DNA of 64,000 nucleotides from an uncultured delta proteobacterium (lineage in GTDB: Bacteria > Desulfobacterota > BSN033 > UBA1163), in assembly GCA_963708295.1 (NCBI GenBank), contig CAVPSJ010000004.1:352001-416000 (forward strand). The letters are read 5' to 3'. The position numbers and the translations under genes were made by a program. The number at the start of each line of letters is the position of its first letter. Within the stretch, counting starts at the first letter, position 1. The notes under the pieces were generated by a model. That model saw only the letters and a program-made list of their open reading frames with translations. It was not told the DNA's origin and did no database searches. Of the stretch, positions 52,041 through 63,554 are shown piece by piece.

Positions 52041-52951
52041 TAAAAGCTCTTCTCTATGGCCTTTACCAACTCGGTCACTGCTTGGTTAAAAGGGGCAGGG
52101 ATCCCCAAGCGTTGAGCTTCTCTCACCACGGCTCCGTTGATGGCGTCGATCTCCGTTTTCTGCCTGTGGTCAAAATCCTGACCCATGGAAGAACGGTTTG
52201 CCTGGGTCGCTTCTATCACTTTTCGGACTTTCTCAATGGGATCTCCTTCAAGAGGAACCCCTTTTCTTCTGGCGACCTCCGACGCTTCCATCACCAGCTT
52301 CTCCATCAGTCTAACGGTTTCGGGATAATCCAGGAGCTGACCGTTCTTGAACCCAGTTAATGCCGTTAAAGCGTTGATACCTACGTTGGCCAGCAGTTTC
52401 CTCCACACATGATCGTGGATATTCAAGGAAACCTCTGTTTCGATCCCTGCCTCACAAAACGTCTGAGCGATTCGACTCGTCCGATCGGTGATTCGATGAT
52501 CCAGCTCTCCGATCAACGTCTTCCCCCATCCCGCATGGCGAATATGACCCAGCCCTGCTAAGGTCGCCCCATGGCCTGTGACCCCCAGCATCACCTTCGT
52601 TCGATCAATCTTCCGGCAGAGGGCCTCCTCATTGCCCAGGCCATTCTGAAGGGTGAGAAATATCGTATCCTCCTTCTCAAGAACCAGGGCATCTGAAACC
52701 GCCACCTCGATATCGTAGGTTTTGACAAAGAAAATCACCAAGTCAGCTTTTCCAACGGAGGTAACATCGGAGGTGGCGTTCATCCGAATGATCCGGAGCT
52801 CTCCTTTTTCCTCAAGCGTGAGACCGGCTGAGCAGATCGCATCGATCTGGTCCTTTCGGTTACCGACCAGCCAGACCTCCCCTCCCGATAGGGTGAGGAG
52901 GCCTCCGAAAAGACTTCCCATGGCTCCCGCGCCTATGATCACCGTTTTCAC
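52040..52951 (-). CDS. panE: 2-dehydropantoate 2-reductase
   Basis: GAGAMG, LQNGLG, WRKL..N, SSMGQD, TEIDAING. Confidence 0.92.
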   Translation of the reverse strand: MKTVIIGAGAMGSLFGGLLTLSGGEVWLVGNRKDQIDAICSAGLTLEEKGELRIIRMNATSDVTSVGKADLVIFFVKTYDIEVAVSDALVLEKEDTIFLTLQNGLGNEEALCRKIDRTKVMLGVTGHGATLAGLGHIRHAGWGKTLIGELDHRITDRTSRIAQTFCEAGIETEVSLNIHDHVWRKLLANVGINALTALTGFKNGQLLDYPETVRLMEKLVMEASEVARRKGVPLEGDPIEKVRKVIEATQANRSSMGQDFDHRQKTEIDAINGAVVREAQRLGIPAPFNQAVTELVKAIEKSF

Positions 52952-53032
52952 GATCTTTCCTCAATTCGTAGCCAATGAAAGTTAATCAAGATCGGTTCGA
53001 AAATCAAGATTCGGCGTTCCCCTCCGCAGCGT

Positions 53033-54289
53033 TCAAAACATTTGAACGATCAGAAGAAGCGTGAGGCCGATCATCACGATCGATGTGACCCAGGCGATGA
53101 CATTGAAGACAGGGCCGTTGGTATAATTCATCATCAGCTTCTTATCGTTGATGAGGAGAAGCATGAAAATGAGTACAAAAGGAAGAACCATTCCATTCAG
53201 GACCTGTGAAAAGTACATGATCGGGATGAGAGGGAAGTTCGGGAAAAGGATGATCCCCGCCCCCAAGAAGATGATCAAGGAGTAAAATCCATAGAACTGA
53301 GGGGCCTCGACGAATTTTTTGTCAATTCCAGCCTCCCAGCCTAACCCCTCACAGATGAGATAGGTCGTCGAAAGGGGAAGAATGGATGCCGCAAAGAGAG
53401 AGGCATTGATTAGCCCGGCGGCGAAAAGATAGGTACAGTATTTACCCGCTAAGGGAGAAAGGGAAAGGGCTGCATCCTTGGCTGTCTCAATCTTGACGCC
53501 GTGTTTAAAAAGAGTCTCCGCACAGACGAGGATAATAAAGAAGGCGACGATATGGACGCCGATGGCTCCGAAGACGACATCAAAACGGGCAAACTTATAA
53601 TCTTCAGTTTTTATCCCTTTCTCGATAATCGAAGCCTGGAGGTAGAATTGCATCCAGGGAGCAATCGTCGTCCCCACAATACCGATCAGCATCGTCATCT
53701 CCGAAGGCTGAAGGCTCAAACGGGGATGCAGAAATTGTTCAAAGACATTTCCCCAGTCCGGCTTCACAATGACACCCGTAACGACATAGGAGATATAAAA
53801 CACACAGGCAATCAGAAATACCTTCTCCACGGACTTGTAGGATCCCTTGACCACCATGAGCCACACCAGAAAGGCGCTGATCGGGACAGAGATGAATTTA
53901 TTGACTCCAAAGACCTCCCATCCCGCCGCCACTCCTGCAAATTCGGAAAGGACGTTGCCCATATTGGTTAGAAACACACCGATGACCAGATAAAAAGTAA
54001 TCTTGGCGCCAAATTTTTCACGGATGAGGTCTGAAAGACCTTTTCCGGTCACCACGCCCATGCGAGCACACATCTCTTGGATGACGATCAGGGCGATCAT
54101 GATCGGAATCAGGGACCAGATCAGCTTGAGTCCATATTGCGCCCCGGCCAAAGAATAGGTGGTAATCCCGCCGGCATCGTTATCCACATTGGAAGTGATG
54201 ATGCCGGGCCCCATCAGAATGAAGAAGAGCCCCGCGGTTCTCCATAACGACTGCTTCGAACTCGAAACCCATTTTACATAATCTGCCAT
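53033..54289 (-). CDS. Nramp-related divalent metal (likely Mg2+) transporter
   Basis: GPGIITSNVDNDAGGI, GTTIAPW motifs of the Nramp-related clade. Confidence 0.85.
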   Translation of the reverse strand: MADYVKWVSSSKQSLWRTAGLFFILMGPGIITSNVDNDAGGITTYSLAGAQYGLKLIWSLIPIMIALIVIQEMCARMGVVTGKGLSDLIREKFGAKITFYLVIGVFLTNMGNVLSEFAGVAAGWEVFGVNKFISVPISAFLVWLMVVKGSYKSVEKVFLIACVFYISYVVTGVIVKPDWGNVFEQFLHPRLSLQPSEMTMLIGIVGTTIAPWMQFYLQASIIEKGIKTEDYKFARFDVVFGAIGVHIVAFFIILVCAETLFKHGVKIETAKDAALSLSPLAGKYCTYLFAAGLINASLFAASILPLSTTYLICEGLGWEAGIDKKFVEAPQFYGFYSLIIFLGAGIILFPNFPLIPIMYFSQVLNGMVLPFVLIFMLLLINDKKLMMNYTNGPVFNVIAWVTSIVMIGLTLLLIVQMF

Positions 54290-54534
54290 GATGCCTTCAT
54301 CACCGCACGGATGGAATGATAGAATAACCTGATTTCATGCTGAAAATAAATCCCATATTCAACGACCTCATGACGGGAGGGTGTTTGACTTTTGCAGGTT
54401 GGTAATCGGTTATTGTTTGGATATTGGAGCTTGGCTATGCTGCTCTGGAACCATCCCCACGGATTTCTTGAAAACGAAATTCAGTTGTCCCTGCCAAGAA
54501 GCGGGCAGAAAACGGGCGGGGAAAAGGCCCACCG

Positions 54535-55770
54535 TCAGGTTCCGATGCCCAGGACGCTCCGGAAGCTGATCACTCCTCTGAGATGACCTTCTTCGTCCAC
54601 AACGGGCAGGGCCCGGAATCCGTATTTCGCAAAGGCCTCCACCACCTCATTCTGGTCTTCATCCACCTTGACGCTCACCACCCTTGAGGGCTGAATTTCA
54701 GCAAGCGTTTGATGGGGGTGGGCTGTGAGAAGATCTCGAATGCTGACCACCCCTTGAAGGATCTCCGCTTCATCCAGTAAAAAAATATAGTCCATGATGT
54801 CTAAATGAGAAGCCCCCGCCTTCAAACGTGCGACGGCCGTCTCTACGGTCACGCTAGGAGAGAGGCTAAGGTAGGCGGTCGTCATCAAACCACCTGCCGT
54901 CTCATCGGGGTGGACGAGAAGTTCTCTCAAATCCTCTGCTTTTTCCTGTTCCATCCCTTCCAGGATCTCTTCAGCTCTCTCCTCAGGAAGATCACCGAGA
55001 AGGTCGGCGGCATCACTGGGAGACATCTCCTCGACGATATCCGAGGCCTTCTCCACGGGAATGGTCTCCATGATGGCCTTCTGGATCTTTGGATCGATCT
55101 CCTCCAGGGTTTCCGCAGCGGTCTCGGTATCCAGGACATGGAAGACGGCAGATCGGTCACGACCACTGAGGTCCTCGATGATATCCGCCAAATCGGCGGG
55201 GTGAAGATGGGAAAGTTTCTTCTGCGAGACACTGAGGTGGAGGAGATCCGAACCCGAAAGGAGTTGAACGTATTTCCACGAGATGAATTGATTGGGAAGG
55301 ACATAGGAGAAGAACCATCGGAGGGCCTGATCCACCAACTTCTCCCATCCGACCCTCCGCATCAAACCACGAAATCCCACATCGACATGAACCAACCTGA
55401 GACGGGAATCTACTCGAAGAAAGTGAAGGTCATTCACCCTCACCACCTTTGCTCCAAAGGTATCCACGATCTGCTTATCCATGACCTCTTCCCTCAAGAG
55501 AATGATATCCTTTTCAGGAAGGGTCGATTTGAGGTCAATGAGTTCCCTCTCGGAAAGGGCGAACCGGGGCTCGATTTGAATAATCTTCTCCCAGGGAATG
55601 AGCATCTTTTTTCCCCTGGTCCGGACCACGATCCCTGTAATCATGGGATAGGGTTCCGCCCTCTCGGCTACCAAATCCGATATTTTGCCGACCCTCAGTC
55701 CGGCGGGATTGTAGACCCTCCGGTTCAAAAATTCACTGAAGAAGTAAAATTCTTTGAGTCCTTGATCCAT
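54535..55770 (-). CDS. soluble MgtE-like protein (PRC-barrel, MgtE_N, CBS pair; no membrane domain)
   Basis: DKQIVD...RVND, LHPADLADI, TAGGLMT, LPVVD. Confidence 0.8.
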   Translation of the reverse strand: MDQGLKEFYFFSEFLNRRVYNPAGLRVGKISDLVAERAEPYPMITGIVVRTRGKKMLIPWEKIIQIEPRFALSERELIDLKSTLPEKDIILLREEVMDKQIVDTFGAKVVRVNDLHFLRVDSRLRLVHVDVGFRGLMRRVGWEKLVDQALRWFFSYVLPNQFISWKYVQLLSGSDLLHLSVSQKKLSHLHPADLADIIEDLSGRDRSAVFHVLDTETAAETLEEIDPKIQKAIMETIPVEKASDIVEEMSPSDAADLLGDLPEERAEEILEGMEQEKAEDLRELLVHPDETAGGLMTTAYLSLSPSVTVETAVARLKAGASHLDIMDYIFLLDEAEILQGVVSIRDLLTAHPHQTLAEIQPSRVVSVKVDEDQNEVVEAFAKYGFRALPVVDEEGHLRGVISFRSVLGIGT

Positions 55771-55983
55771 ACTTCTTTCCGATGATTCCTGTTCACCGCT
55801 AGCCTCCTCTTCATCAAAGCGGGAGGGCGGGATTCAAGGTTCCCGTTCTTTATAACGATTTCAGGAGAAGCTGTCAAACCTAAAAGGATCGGTCGCTCTG
55901 CCCTTCTCTGGATCCCTGTCTTGCCGGAAAGAGCAGGGGCACCTTGCTCTCTGCGCCATGCAGGTCTGAATTTAGAAAAGCGG

Positions 55984-56829
55984 TCAAATCGAAAGTGTTC
56001 TCGTTTTTCCTTCAGCCATCTCGTGCAAAGCTGCCTTGATTGAACTCAACAGATGTCCTTCAAGATCTTTTGAAGACTGAATCGGTAGGAGGAGGCATTT
56101 GAGCTTGGATAACCCTTTGCTCTCCAGGAATTGTTGAAACTTCTTTTCCAGGTCGGATACGTCAACCTTTCTCAAATGAGCCAAGACCCCACGGATTTCC
56201 TCGGGGCTATATCGCTCGATGATATCGTGTTCTCGAAATTGGATCTGGGATTGAAGCTGGTCGAGAGAAGCAGAATCCCCGCCGAATAAGAAAAGGGTTA
56301 GGGTTCGATTCCCAACGAGATCGCGTCTCTCCTCTCCGATTTTTTCGGGGGGAAGCTCATAATCCAACTCCGCAAGTACCCTCAAATTCTTCGTAAAGGC
56401 GACCTGGTTCTCTTTGGAGCGAAACCATGGGAGAGGGGCATCCGGAGGATTCGCTTTCGCAGGGTGTTCTTTCAGCCGTTTTATCGTCTCGATCTGCACC
56501 ATCGTATATTCGAATTTAGAGTAACAATTCTTTACGACGAATCCGAATTCCATAATTTCCTTGTCCCGTACGCTGTCCCGGCGATAGTGCTGTCGATATT
56601 TCCCCTGAAGCAGTTGTTCAACGGCTTTGATCTCTGTCAGACGATTCCGGATCTCCTTATACATCTCCCGGATATCGACGGCAATCCCCGGTGGAACATG
56701 CTTCTCGGGACTGACCACGCGACACATCTCCTGAAAGTCCTTTACGGATTCCTTCAGGTAATGATAGTTGTTTTGGATGGTCCTTTCTAAACTTTTGACA
56801 TACCTTTGATCGCGGTCTTGTGGTTCCAT
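55984..56829 (-). CDS. hypothetical protein
   Basis: 281-aa uninterrupted ORF with protein-like composition; no family recognised. Confidence 0.6.
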   Translation of the reverse strand: MEPQDRDQRYVKSLERTIQNNYHYLKESVKDFQEMCRVVSPEKHVPPGIAVDIREMYKEIRNRLTEIKAVEQLLQGKYRQHYRRDSVRDKEIMEFGFVVKNCYSKFEYTMVQIETIKRLKEHPAKANPPDAPLPWFRSKENQVAFTKNLRVLAELDYELPPEKIGEERRDLVGNRTLTLFLFGGDSASLDQLQSQIQFREHDIIERYSPEEIRGVLAHLRKVDVSDLEKKFQQFLESKGLSKLKCLLLPIQSSKDLEGHLLSSIKAALHEMAEGKTRTLSI

Positions 56830-56991
56830 TGTTTTATCCCAGCCCTATTCTACTCCAACTTGTCCCATTCTCCAATATGAATAAAAGATTGATTCATCAT
56901 TTTGAGGTTCATTGCCATAACGAAACGGGCATCCCTTCCAGCGCCTTCCTGCCCCGCCCTCAGTCGGAACCGGGGCCGGCAGGCGGGGCAC

Positions 56992-57411
56992 CTATTCCGC
57001 TTTGGCGGGGCGAGGCACGTCTCGGTCAAAAGAGTCTAACTGTTTACGGATGGGATCATCCGCGGGAGGCATGGCCAATTTTCCCAGCTCCCCGGGGGTC
57101 ACCCATCGAAGGGCGTGACATCCGATCGGTTTGAGAGAACCTTTTTCAACCCGACAGCGATAGATCAGAAGAAGGATGGGATAGGCTGGATAGAAATGGA
57201 AGACTGCATCGAACAGCCCCCCCACTTCCACTTCAACATCTAATTCTTCCCTGAGCTCTCTTCGCAACGCTTCCCTCGGATCCTCGCCCTCCTCCACCTT
57301 TCCTCCCGGAAATTCCCAGAGGAGTCCGTAGGAGGAATCCTTCTTTCGCTGGGTAACGAGAAGCTTCCCCTGTTCGATGGTCAAGGCCGCGACGACGATC
57401 ATGGTCTTCAT
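56992..57411 (-). CDS. NUDIX hydrolase, MutT/NudG-like
   Basis: WEFPGGKVEEGEDPREALRRELREELD Nudix box, PPAD. Confidence 0.9.
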   Translation of the reverse strand: MKTMIVVAALTIEQGKLLVTQRKKDSSYGLLWEFPGGKVEEGEDPREALRRELREELDVEVEVGGLFDAVFHFYPAYPILLLIYRCRVEKGSLKPIGCHALRWVTPGELGKLAMPPADDPIRKQLDSFDRDVPRPAKAE

Positions 57412-57412
57412 C

Positions 57413-58446
57413 TCATCCCTCAATGCAATTCCGTCCAGCCTTCTTGGCCCGATAGAGGGCATGATCTGCTTCACGGATCAAATCCGTCAGTGTGGAGATA
57501 GACGAGGAGAAGGTGGCCACTCCGATACTCACGGTTAAATTCTTATTCGGCTGGGCGCCCTCGTTGGGCATACGGGTATCGGCAACATTTCTTCTCACCC
57601 TTTCCGCAATCTCAAAGGCCTTTTCCCTTCCCGCATTGATTAAGATGGCGGAGAACTCCTCCCCTCCGTACCGGGCCACGATATCGGTCTGCCGGACTCC
57701 TCGCTGAATGAGGAAGGCAATCGCCTTTAACACCTGGTCTCCGGCGAGATGGCCGTTCGCGTCGTTGTAATGTTTGAAATAGTCAATATCGATCATGAGA
57801 AGGGCGAGGGGGGAAGCGTAGCGCTTTTGGCGTTCCACTTCCAAGGTGAGTTGTTGAATAAAAAAACGGTGGTTATAGATGCCCGTGAGGTCGTCGGTAT
57901 AAGAGAGAAGCAACGCCTCCTCTTTCATCACCTCGATCTCCTTCATCCTTTCCTTGTAGAGGTCCCGGATCACCTGAAGTTCCCGGGCGTATAGATCTCT
58001 TTCTCGAATCTTCTCCGTGAACTCTTTCTTCATCCTTTCAAATTCCCCTTCGATCTCGGCCCTCTCTCTCAAGTCTCTCAGCACGACGAAAAAGGCATCC
58101 TCCCTGTGGACCCCGAAAAGCTCGACAGGAATCCGTTCTCCCAACCGACTGATCATCTGTGTCCTGAATCGAACCTTCTTCCCTCGTCCCATCTCCTCAA
58201 ACCCCTCCCGGATTCTGCTGAGGTCTTCGAGGGGAACGACGTCCATCAAGACCCTCTTCCGCAACTCTTCCGGAGGATATCCCAATAGTTCCATCCCCTT
58301 TGGGTTGACCTTTAGAAAGTTCTCCCTCTCGGTCAAGGATAAGGAAAGGTTCTGGGATGGCTTCGAGGATGGATCTCTGGAGCACGGATCTCCTTCTCCA
58401 GCGCCTCCACCTTTGTCCGTATTTCTTTAAGAGAGACGGTTCCCAT
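57413..58446 (-). CDS. PAS-GGDEF diguanylate cyclase (5' part frameshifted)
   Basis: PAS segment, TDDLTG, DIDYFK, RQTD I-site, RYGGEEF; PAS start ILEAIPEPFLILD lies in another frame. Confidence 0.85.
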
Positions 58447-58842
58447 GCCTCGCCCTGCAAATCACAAAGACCGCATAGAGAAGAGGTTTTGACGCGCATG
58501 CGCCAATCGCCTGCTGCATCGCTATACGGCTTCTCAAATACGGGCGATCCGACACTTGTCGATGTATACCAAATTTCCGGGACTGTCAGTGCCGGCAGAT
58601 CGCAGTGGCAATGGATCTATCGAAAGCAATAGAACAAGATCATCCGCCTTCCGCAGGCAAGAGGATTCAAGTATCGTCGGGCAGATCGATATTGTTTGAG
58701 ATTTGACAAGGCATTCATGACGTGCGAGCCATTAGGAAAGCACGATCTGTCAAGATTCGGGCTGCAGAGTCTCGATTGTTGTTCATCAACAAGAGGGATG
58801 AAAGAAGCGGCTGTCGAAAATACACCATGAAGAAGATGTTCA

Positions 58843-61146
58843 TTATCCACAGTCTGAGTAGCCGCAGGGGCACTTGGCACAGCCTTCTTCGAAATGAAGG
58901 GGACCTCCGCACTCAGGGCATGCCCCCCTGAAAAAGGGCGAACCCGATTCATTCTCACCTGCTGGTTTGGCAGCAAGAGAGGGGCCAAATGCTTCTTTTT
59001 CAAGCCAGGTTAGGGTTTTACCGGTGGGCGTGTTGGACGGTGCCCCAATTCTTTTGCTCTCTATATGCCATTCTATTGATTTGGCAATGGCATCGGCACA
59101 AGAGAGCACCTTTCCCGCTTGATGCCAGACAGGTATATGGCAACTTATTCCTTTCAATTGTTTAATCACGTCCTCCGGCTCAACTCCTGATCGAAAAGCC
59201 AGGGAAACCAGGCGACCGATCGCCTCGGATTGTGAGGCGACACAGCCACCCGCCTTTCCGATTTGATTGAAGATTTCGAAAAGTTTTCCCTCGCCATCTT
59301 CATTCACCGTTACATAGAGGTTTCCACACCCAGTCCGAATCTTCCGCGTAGAACCATGGATCGCGTCCTCTCGGGCCTTTGGCTTCTTTTCGATGGTTTG
59401 CGACTCTTCTTCTTTTTCCTTTCGATCTGTATGGAGTGGGACGACGCCTTTATAGAGAACCTGTTCTGTCCGACTCCCATCACGATAGATGGTTACTCCC
59501 TTACAGCCCAATTCATAAGCCAATAGATAAACCTTGGCCACATCCTCTATTGTAGCATCATGGGGAAAATTAACTGTTTTTGAGACCGCGTTATCTGTAT
59601 ATTTTTGAAATGCCGCCTGCATGCGGATATGATCCTCGGGAGAAATATCATGAGCTATGACAAAGAGTTTTCTGACTTTTTCTGGGACCTCCTGAAGATC
59701 TTGGGTACTGCCTTTTTGAGCAATTTTTTTCATGAGGTCTTCAGAATAGAAACCCTCCTGCTTGGCTGCTGTTTCGAAAAAAGGATTAACCTCCATGAGT
59801 TGCTTGCCATCCAGGACATGCCGTGTATAGGCCAATGCAAAGATGGGTTCAATCCCTGATGAAGCCCCTGCGATGATTGAGATGGTTCCTGTTGGGGCAA
59901 TCGTAGTGACAGTGGCATTTCGCATTGCATCCCAATGCTTTCTCAAAATGCTACCGCTGAAATTGGGAAAAGATCCTCTTTTCAAAGCCAATTCTCTCGA
60001 GGCCTTTCTTCCAATTTCTTGGATAAGTGCCATTATCTTCTCCCCGATGTTCAAGGCCTCGGGGGAGTTATATGGAATTCCCAATTGGATAAGGAGGTCG
60101 GCAAAACCCATAACTCCCAGGCCGATCTTCCTGTTCGCTTTGGTCATGGCATCAATCTGGGGAAGGGTGTAACAATTCATATCGATTACATTGTCCATAA
60201 AATGGACTGCTTTTGCTGTTACAGAGGCTAGCCTTTCCCAATGGATGCCCCCATCCTTTTTCATATTGGAGAGGTTGATTGAACCGAGGTTGCAAGACTC
60301 ATAAGGCAGCAGTGGCTGCTCACCACAAGGGTTGGTGCTTTCAATTTCTCCATGTTGCGGTGTGGGGTTATCTCGATTGATCCGGTCGATGAAGATAATG
60401 CCAGGATCCCCATTCTTCCATGCGTAATGGATAATCTTATCAAAGACCTCACGGGCATTAAGCCTGCGAACAATCTCCTTTGTCCTCGGATTCCGGAGAG
60501 GATACTCATTGTTCTTGGTCACTGCTTCCATAAATTCGTCAGTCGCGGCTACAGAAATATTAAAATTATTGAAAAGTTTGTCTCCCTCTTTGCATTGCAC
60601 GAAATCAAGGATATCGGGATGGTCCACTCGAAGAATACCCATATTCGCCCCTCTTCGAGTTCCTCCTTGTTTCACAGTCTCTGTTGCTGCATTGAAAACT
60701 CCCATGAATGAGACAGGTCCGCTGGAGACTCCCTTGGTAGAGCCAACCACGTCATTTTTTGGACGGAGCCTTGAAAAGGAAAAACCTGTTCCCCCACCGC
60801 TTTTCTGGATCAGAGCCATCTGTTTAACGGCATCGAAGATCTCCTCCATTGAATCCCCAACAGGAAGAACAAAACAAGCTGAGAGTTGTTGGAGTTCTCT
60901 TCCCGCATTCATTAATGTAGGTGAATTGGGCACGAAGTCTAACGATGCCATCAGGGAGTAGAATGCCTCCTCTGTCTCAATGATATTGGATTGGGGATCA
61001 TAATTAAGATCGGCCTGAGCGATGTTTCGTGCCACCCGGCGAAAAAGCTCCTTGGGCGTCTCGGTCACCTTTCCTTGGGTATCCTTTTTGAGGTACCGTT
61101 TTTCAAGCACGGTCATAGCATTCTGAGTGATGTGAGCCAATTCCAT
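58843..61146 (-). CDS. nrdJ: class II (B12-dependent) ribonucleotide reductase
   Basis: PNSPTLMNAG, SACFV, TNPCGEQ, APTGT, C-terminal TSCPD-like domain and Zn ribbon. Confidence 0.93.
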   Translation of the reverse strand: MELAHITQNAMTVLEKRYLKKDTQGKVTETPKELFRRVARNIAQADLNYDPQSNIIETEEAFYSLMASLDFVPNSPTLMNAGRELQQLSACFVLPVGDSMEEIFDAVKQMALIQKSGGGTGFSFSRLRPKNDVVGSTKGVSSGPVSFMGVFNAATETVKQGGTRRGANMGILRVDHPDILDFVQCKEGDKLFNNFNISVAATDEFMEAVTKNNEYPLRNPRTKEIVRRLNAREVFDKIIHYAWKNGDPGIIFIDRINRDNPTPQHGEIESTNPCGEQPLLPYESCNLGSINLSNMKKDGGIHWERLASVTAKAVHFMDNVIDMNCYTLPQIDAMTKANRKIGLGVMGFADLLIQLGIPYNSPEALNIGEKIMALIQEIGRKASRELALKRGSFPNFSGSILRKHWDAMRNATVTTIAPTGTISIIAGASSGIEPIFALAYTRHVLDGKQLMEVNPFFETAAKQEGFYSEDLMKKIAQKGSTQDLQEVPEKVRKLFVIAHDISPEDHIRMQAAFQKYTDNAVSKTVNFPHDATIEDVAKVYLLAYELGCKGVTIYRDGSRTEQVLYKGVVPLHTDRKEKEEESQTIEKKPKAREDAIHGSTRKIRTGCGNLYVTVNEDGEGKLFEIFNQIGKAGGCVASQSEAIGRLVSLAFRSGVEPEDVIKQLKGISCHIPVWHQAGKVLSCADAIAKSIEWHIESKRIGAPSNTPTGKTLTWLEKEAFGPSLAAKPAGENESGSPFFRGACPECGGPLHFEEGCAKCPCGYSDCG

Positions 61147-61245
61147 TTTCCGCTCCTTTATTAACTTTGAAAAGAGAGAGATAACACCGTCTACAATCCT
61201 GACGGAGAACTCAAAACCTTCAGGAAATTTCTTCAAAGATACATA

Positions 61246-63407
61246 TCAACATTTACATGATTCACCTATTTCCAAGGCTACTCCATCTTCGTTTTCTTTC
61301 ATGAAGTCATGGTTCCGGTACCGATTCTGTAACTCCCCGATCTTCCCTTTATTCCAGCTGGAGAGTTTAGTGAAATAGCCGGTGATCCGTGTAATGCCAT
61401 CGACATCCTCCGATCCACAGTAAGCACAAGAGGAGCGAAGCCCCCGGTTCGTCCGATTGCAGTCGTTGCAGGTGGTGAACTCCGGAGAGAAAGCGATCTG
61501 GTCGTTTTGAGTCAATCGAAAAGTTTTGACCACAAAATTAGCCAGAGACGCCTTCGAAGGCCTTGCCTCGCCCAGCCAAATGTGCGTCAAGGCGCCCGCC
61601 TCGATCAGAGGATGAAAGAGACCCTCCTGCCTCACTCGTTCAATGGGATTGAGGACCGCAGAATTGTTCAAGTAGGTGGAGTTCGTATAGTAGATTTCTC
61701 CCTTGGAGATATCCCCTTTAACAATGTGTCCCGATTTCGGCGAGTGATATTTAAGGTCTAATTTCGCAAATCGGTAGGCCGTGGATTCGGCGGGTGTCTG
61801 TTCCAGAACAAAACGCATCCCATAGCGCTGGCTGAATTTGTCTACCAGTAATTTCATATGGGCAATCACCTTGAGGCCGAATTTAAAGGCCTGCTTCGAT
61901 TGATGCATTTCCTGCCCGGTATGAATTTGGACCAGTTCATTGAGTCCCACCATACCGACTAAAAAACTGGCACGGTGCATTCTCAAATAAGGAGAGCCAT
62001 CCCGATCCATGGCCAGCAACGCCAGGGGCCCTTTCTCCCCTAAAGAAAGAAGTTTTTCAATGAAGCGTTTCTTTTCCAGATGGGCCTTCACCGCCATCTC
62101 AACAAACTCAGCGATTTTAGAAAAGAGCGTCGCGTCTTCCCCCTTGGCCAGGTAAGCGATTCTTGGAAGATTGAGTGTCACGTTCTGGAGGGCACAGTAT
62201 CGCATCTTCCAGGGCTGTTTGGCGTCTTCGAGGTCTGTTTGATCCAGTTTAAAACTGAGGCGGCAGCACTCGGAGATTTTGGCCGTCTCGCCACGATCGA
62301 AGACGAAGTAGGTATTCCCTTTCTCAGAGGCGACCTCACAGATGTGGTCAAGAAAATCTGCATGACCGGGGGTTTGAAAGAATTTCTCCGTGATATGGAC
62401 CAGCGGTTTTGGAAAGAAGAAGGGCCTTCCAGACCCGTCTCCTTCTTGGTAGACATCGAAGAGCGCTTTGGCAAATCGTTGGGATTCGTTCAAATAGTCG
62501 CTGATAGGTCTTTCCTGTAAATTCCCCGCCCGGACCGATGGCAGGGACATTTTCAAAATGTTTGGGGATCTCCCAATAAAGGTTGAGGTCGGTGAAGATC
62601 GCCTGTCCCCCTCGGGCGACCGCTTGTTGGGAGAATTCGAAGATCATCATCTGGGCCAATTGTTCCAGTTCTTGATCCGACATCCCCACCAGATAGGGTG
62701 CAAAAAAGAGATTGATGGAATCCCAGCCAATCGCCCCGGCAATATGGTTCTTAAGGGCCGCAGTAAATCTAACCATGTGGGCGAGCAACACCTCCGGATG
62801 TTTGGCAGGCTTGGCCATCGCGATTAAGTTAGGAAGGCTCAGGCCAAAGCGTTTGACGTATTCGAGGGATTGATGGCAACAGTAAGGCCGGTCAACAGAG
62901 CCGAGACTATGAAGATGGATATCCCCACGCATATGGGCATCGGCGATGTCCTGCGAGAAGACACTGAGCAGGGCGTATTCCTTCTTGATTCTCTCGGCTA
63001 AGGTGAGGTTGGTGGCTTCAGGGCCATGAGGAACATTGGCATTCTCTTTATTGGGATGGAGGATGAGCTGATCGACATCGTAAAGAGGCATTCCTAAGCG
63101 GGCATGCATCTTGCGGGCTTGTTCCAGTCCCCTTTCAACCAGCTTGGTGTCCACGAGTTCGCGGATGAGAGGGGTAGTGATCAATTTGATCTTGGAGGTG
63201 GCAATTAAATCTTCTACCTCCCGGGCGATCTCCTTCGCTGTTTCAAAATCCACATACGTCTCGCGCATGAGGGCATCGACGATTCGCTGCCGATCCCAGC
63301 CCAACATCGCTTCATCCGAAGTGCGGACGAAGAGAGCCATATCCGTGGTTTCGACTTCTTTTTTGAAGTTCTTGAGGATTCTCTTTCATCTCGATTACGG
63401 TTGCCAT
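61246..63407 (-). CDS. nrdD: class III anaerobic ribonucleoside-triphosphate reductase (frameshifts near 62500 and near the 5' end)
   Basis: ATP-cone-like N-terminus, NKENAN, RPYCC, SECCRL, EQTPAES, CxxC..CxxC, RITGY glycyl-radical motif. Confidence 0.9.
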
Positions 63408-63456
63408 TTAATCTCGCCTTTTATCTTACGGTAGAAGGGTAAAAAGATGTTCAGAA

Positions 63457-63503
63457 GGGCTATATTTAGTGCGACCAAAGATGTTTACAACAAGATATTG
63501 TGA
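63457..63503 (-). promoter_or_regulatory. tandem NrdR boxes
   Basis: GGGCTATATTTAGTGC (63457-63472) and CAACAAGATATTGTGA (63488-63503), 31 bp apart, next to minus-strand TTGACA at 63506-63511; they resemble the acaCwAtATaTwGtgt consensus. Confidence 0.75.
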
Positions 63504-63554
63504 CTTGTCAAGAGAAAACCCTGCTTGTGAAAAAAAATATTTGTCCCGATTTCT

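Noticed and set aside
58500-58840. ORFs or ncRNA in the nrdJ-GGDEF intergenic region
   Set aside because: ORFs overlap nrdJ or lack motifs, and no convincing structure was seen.
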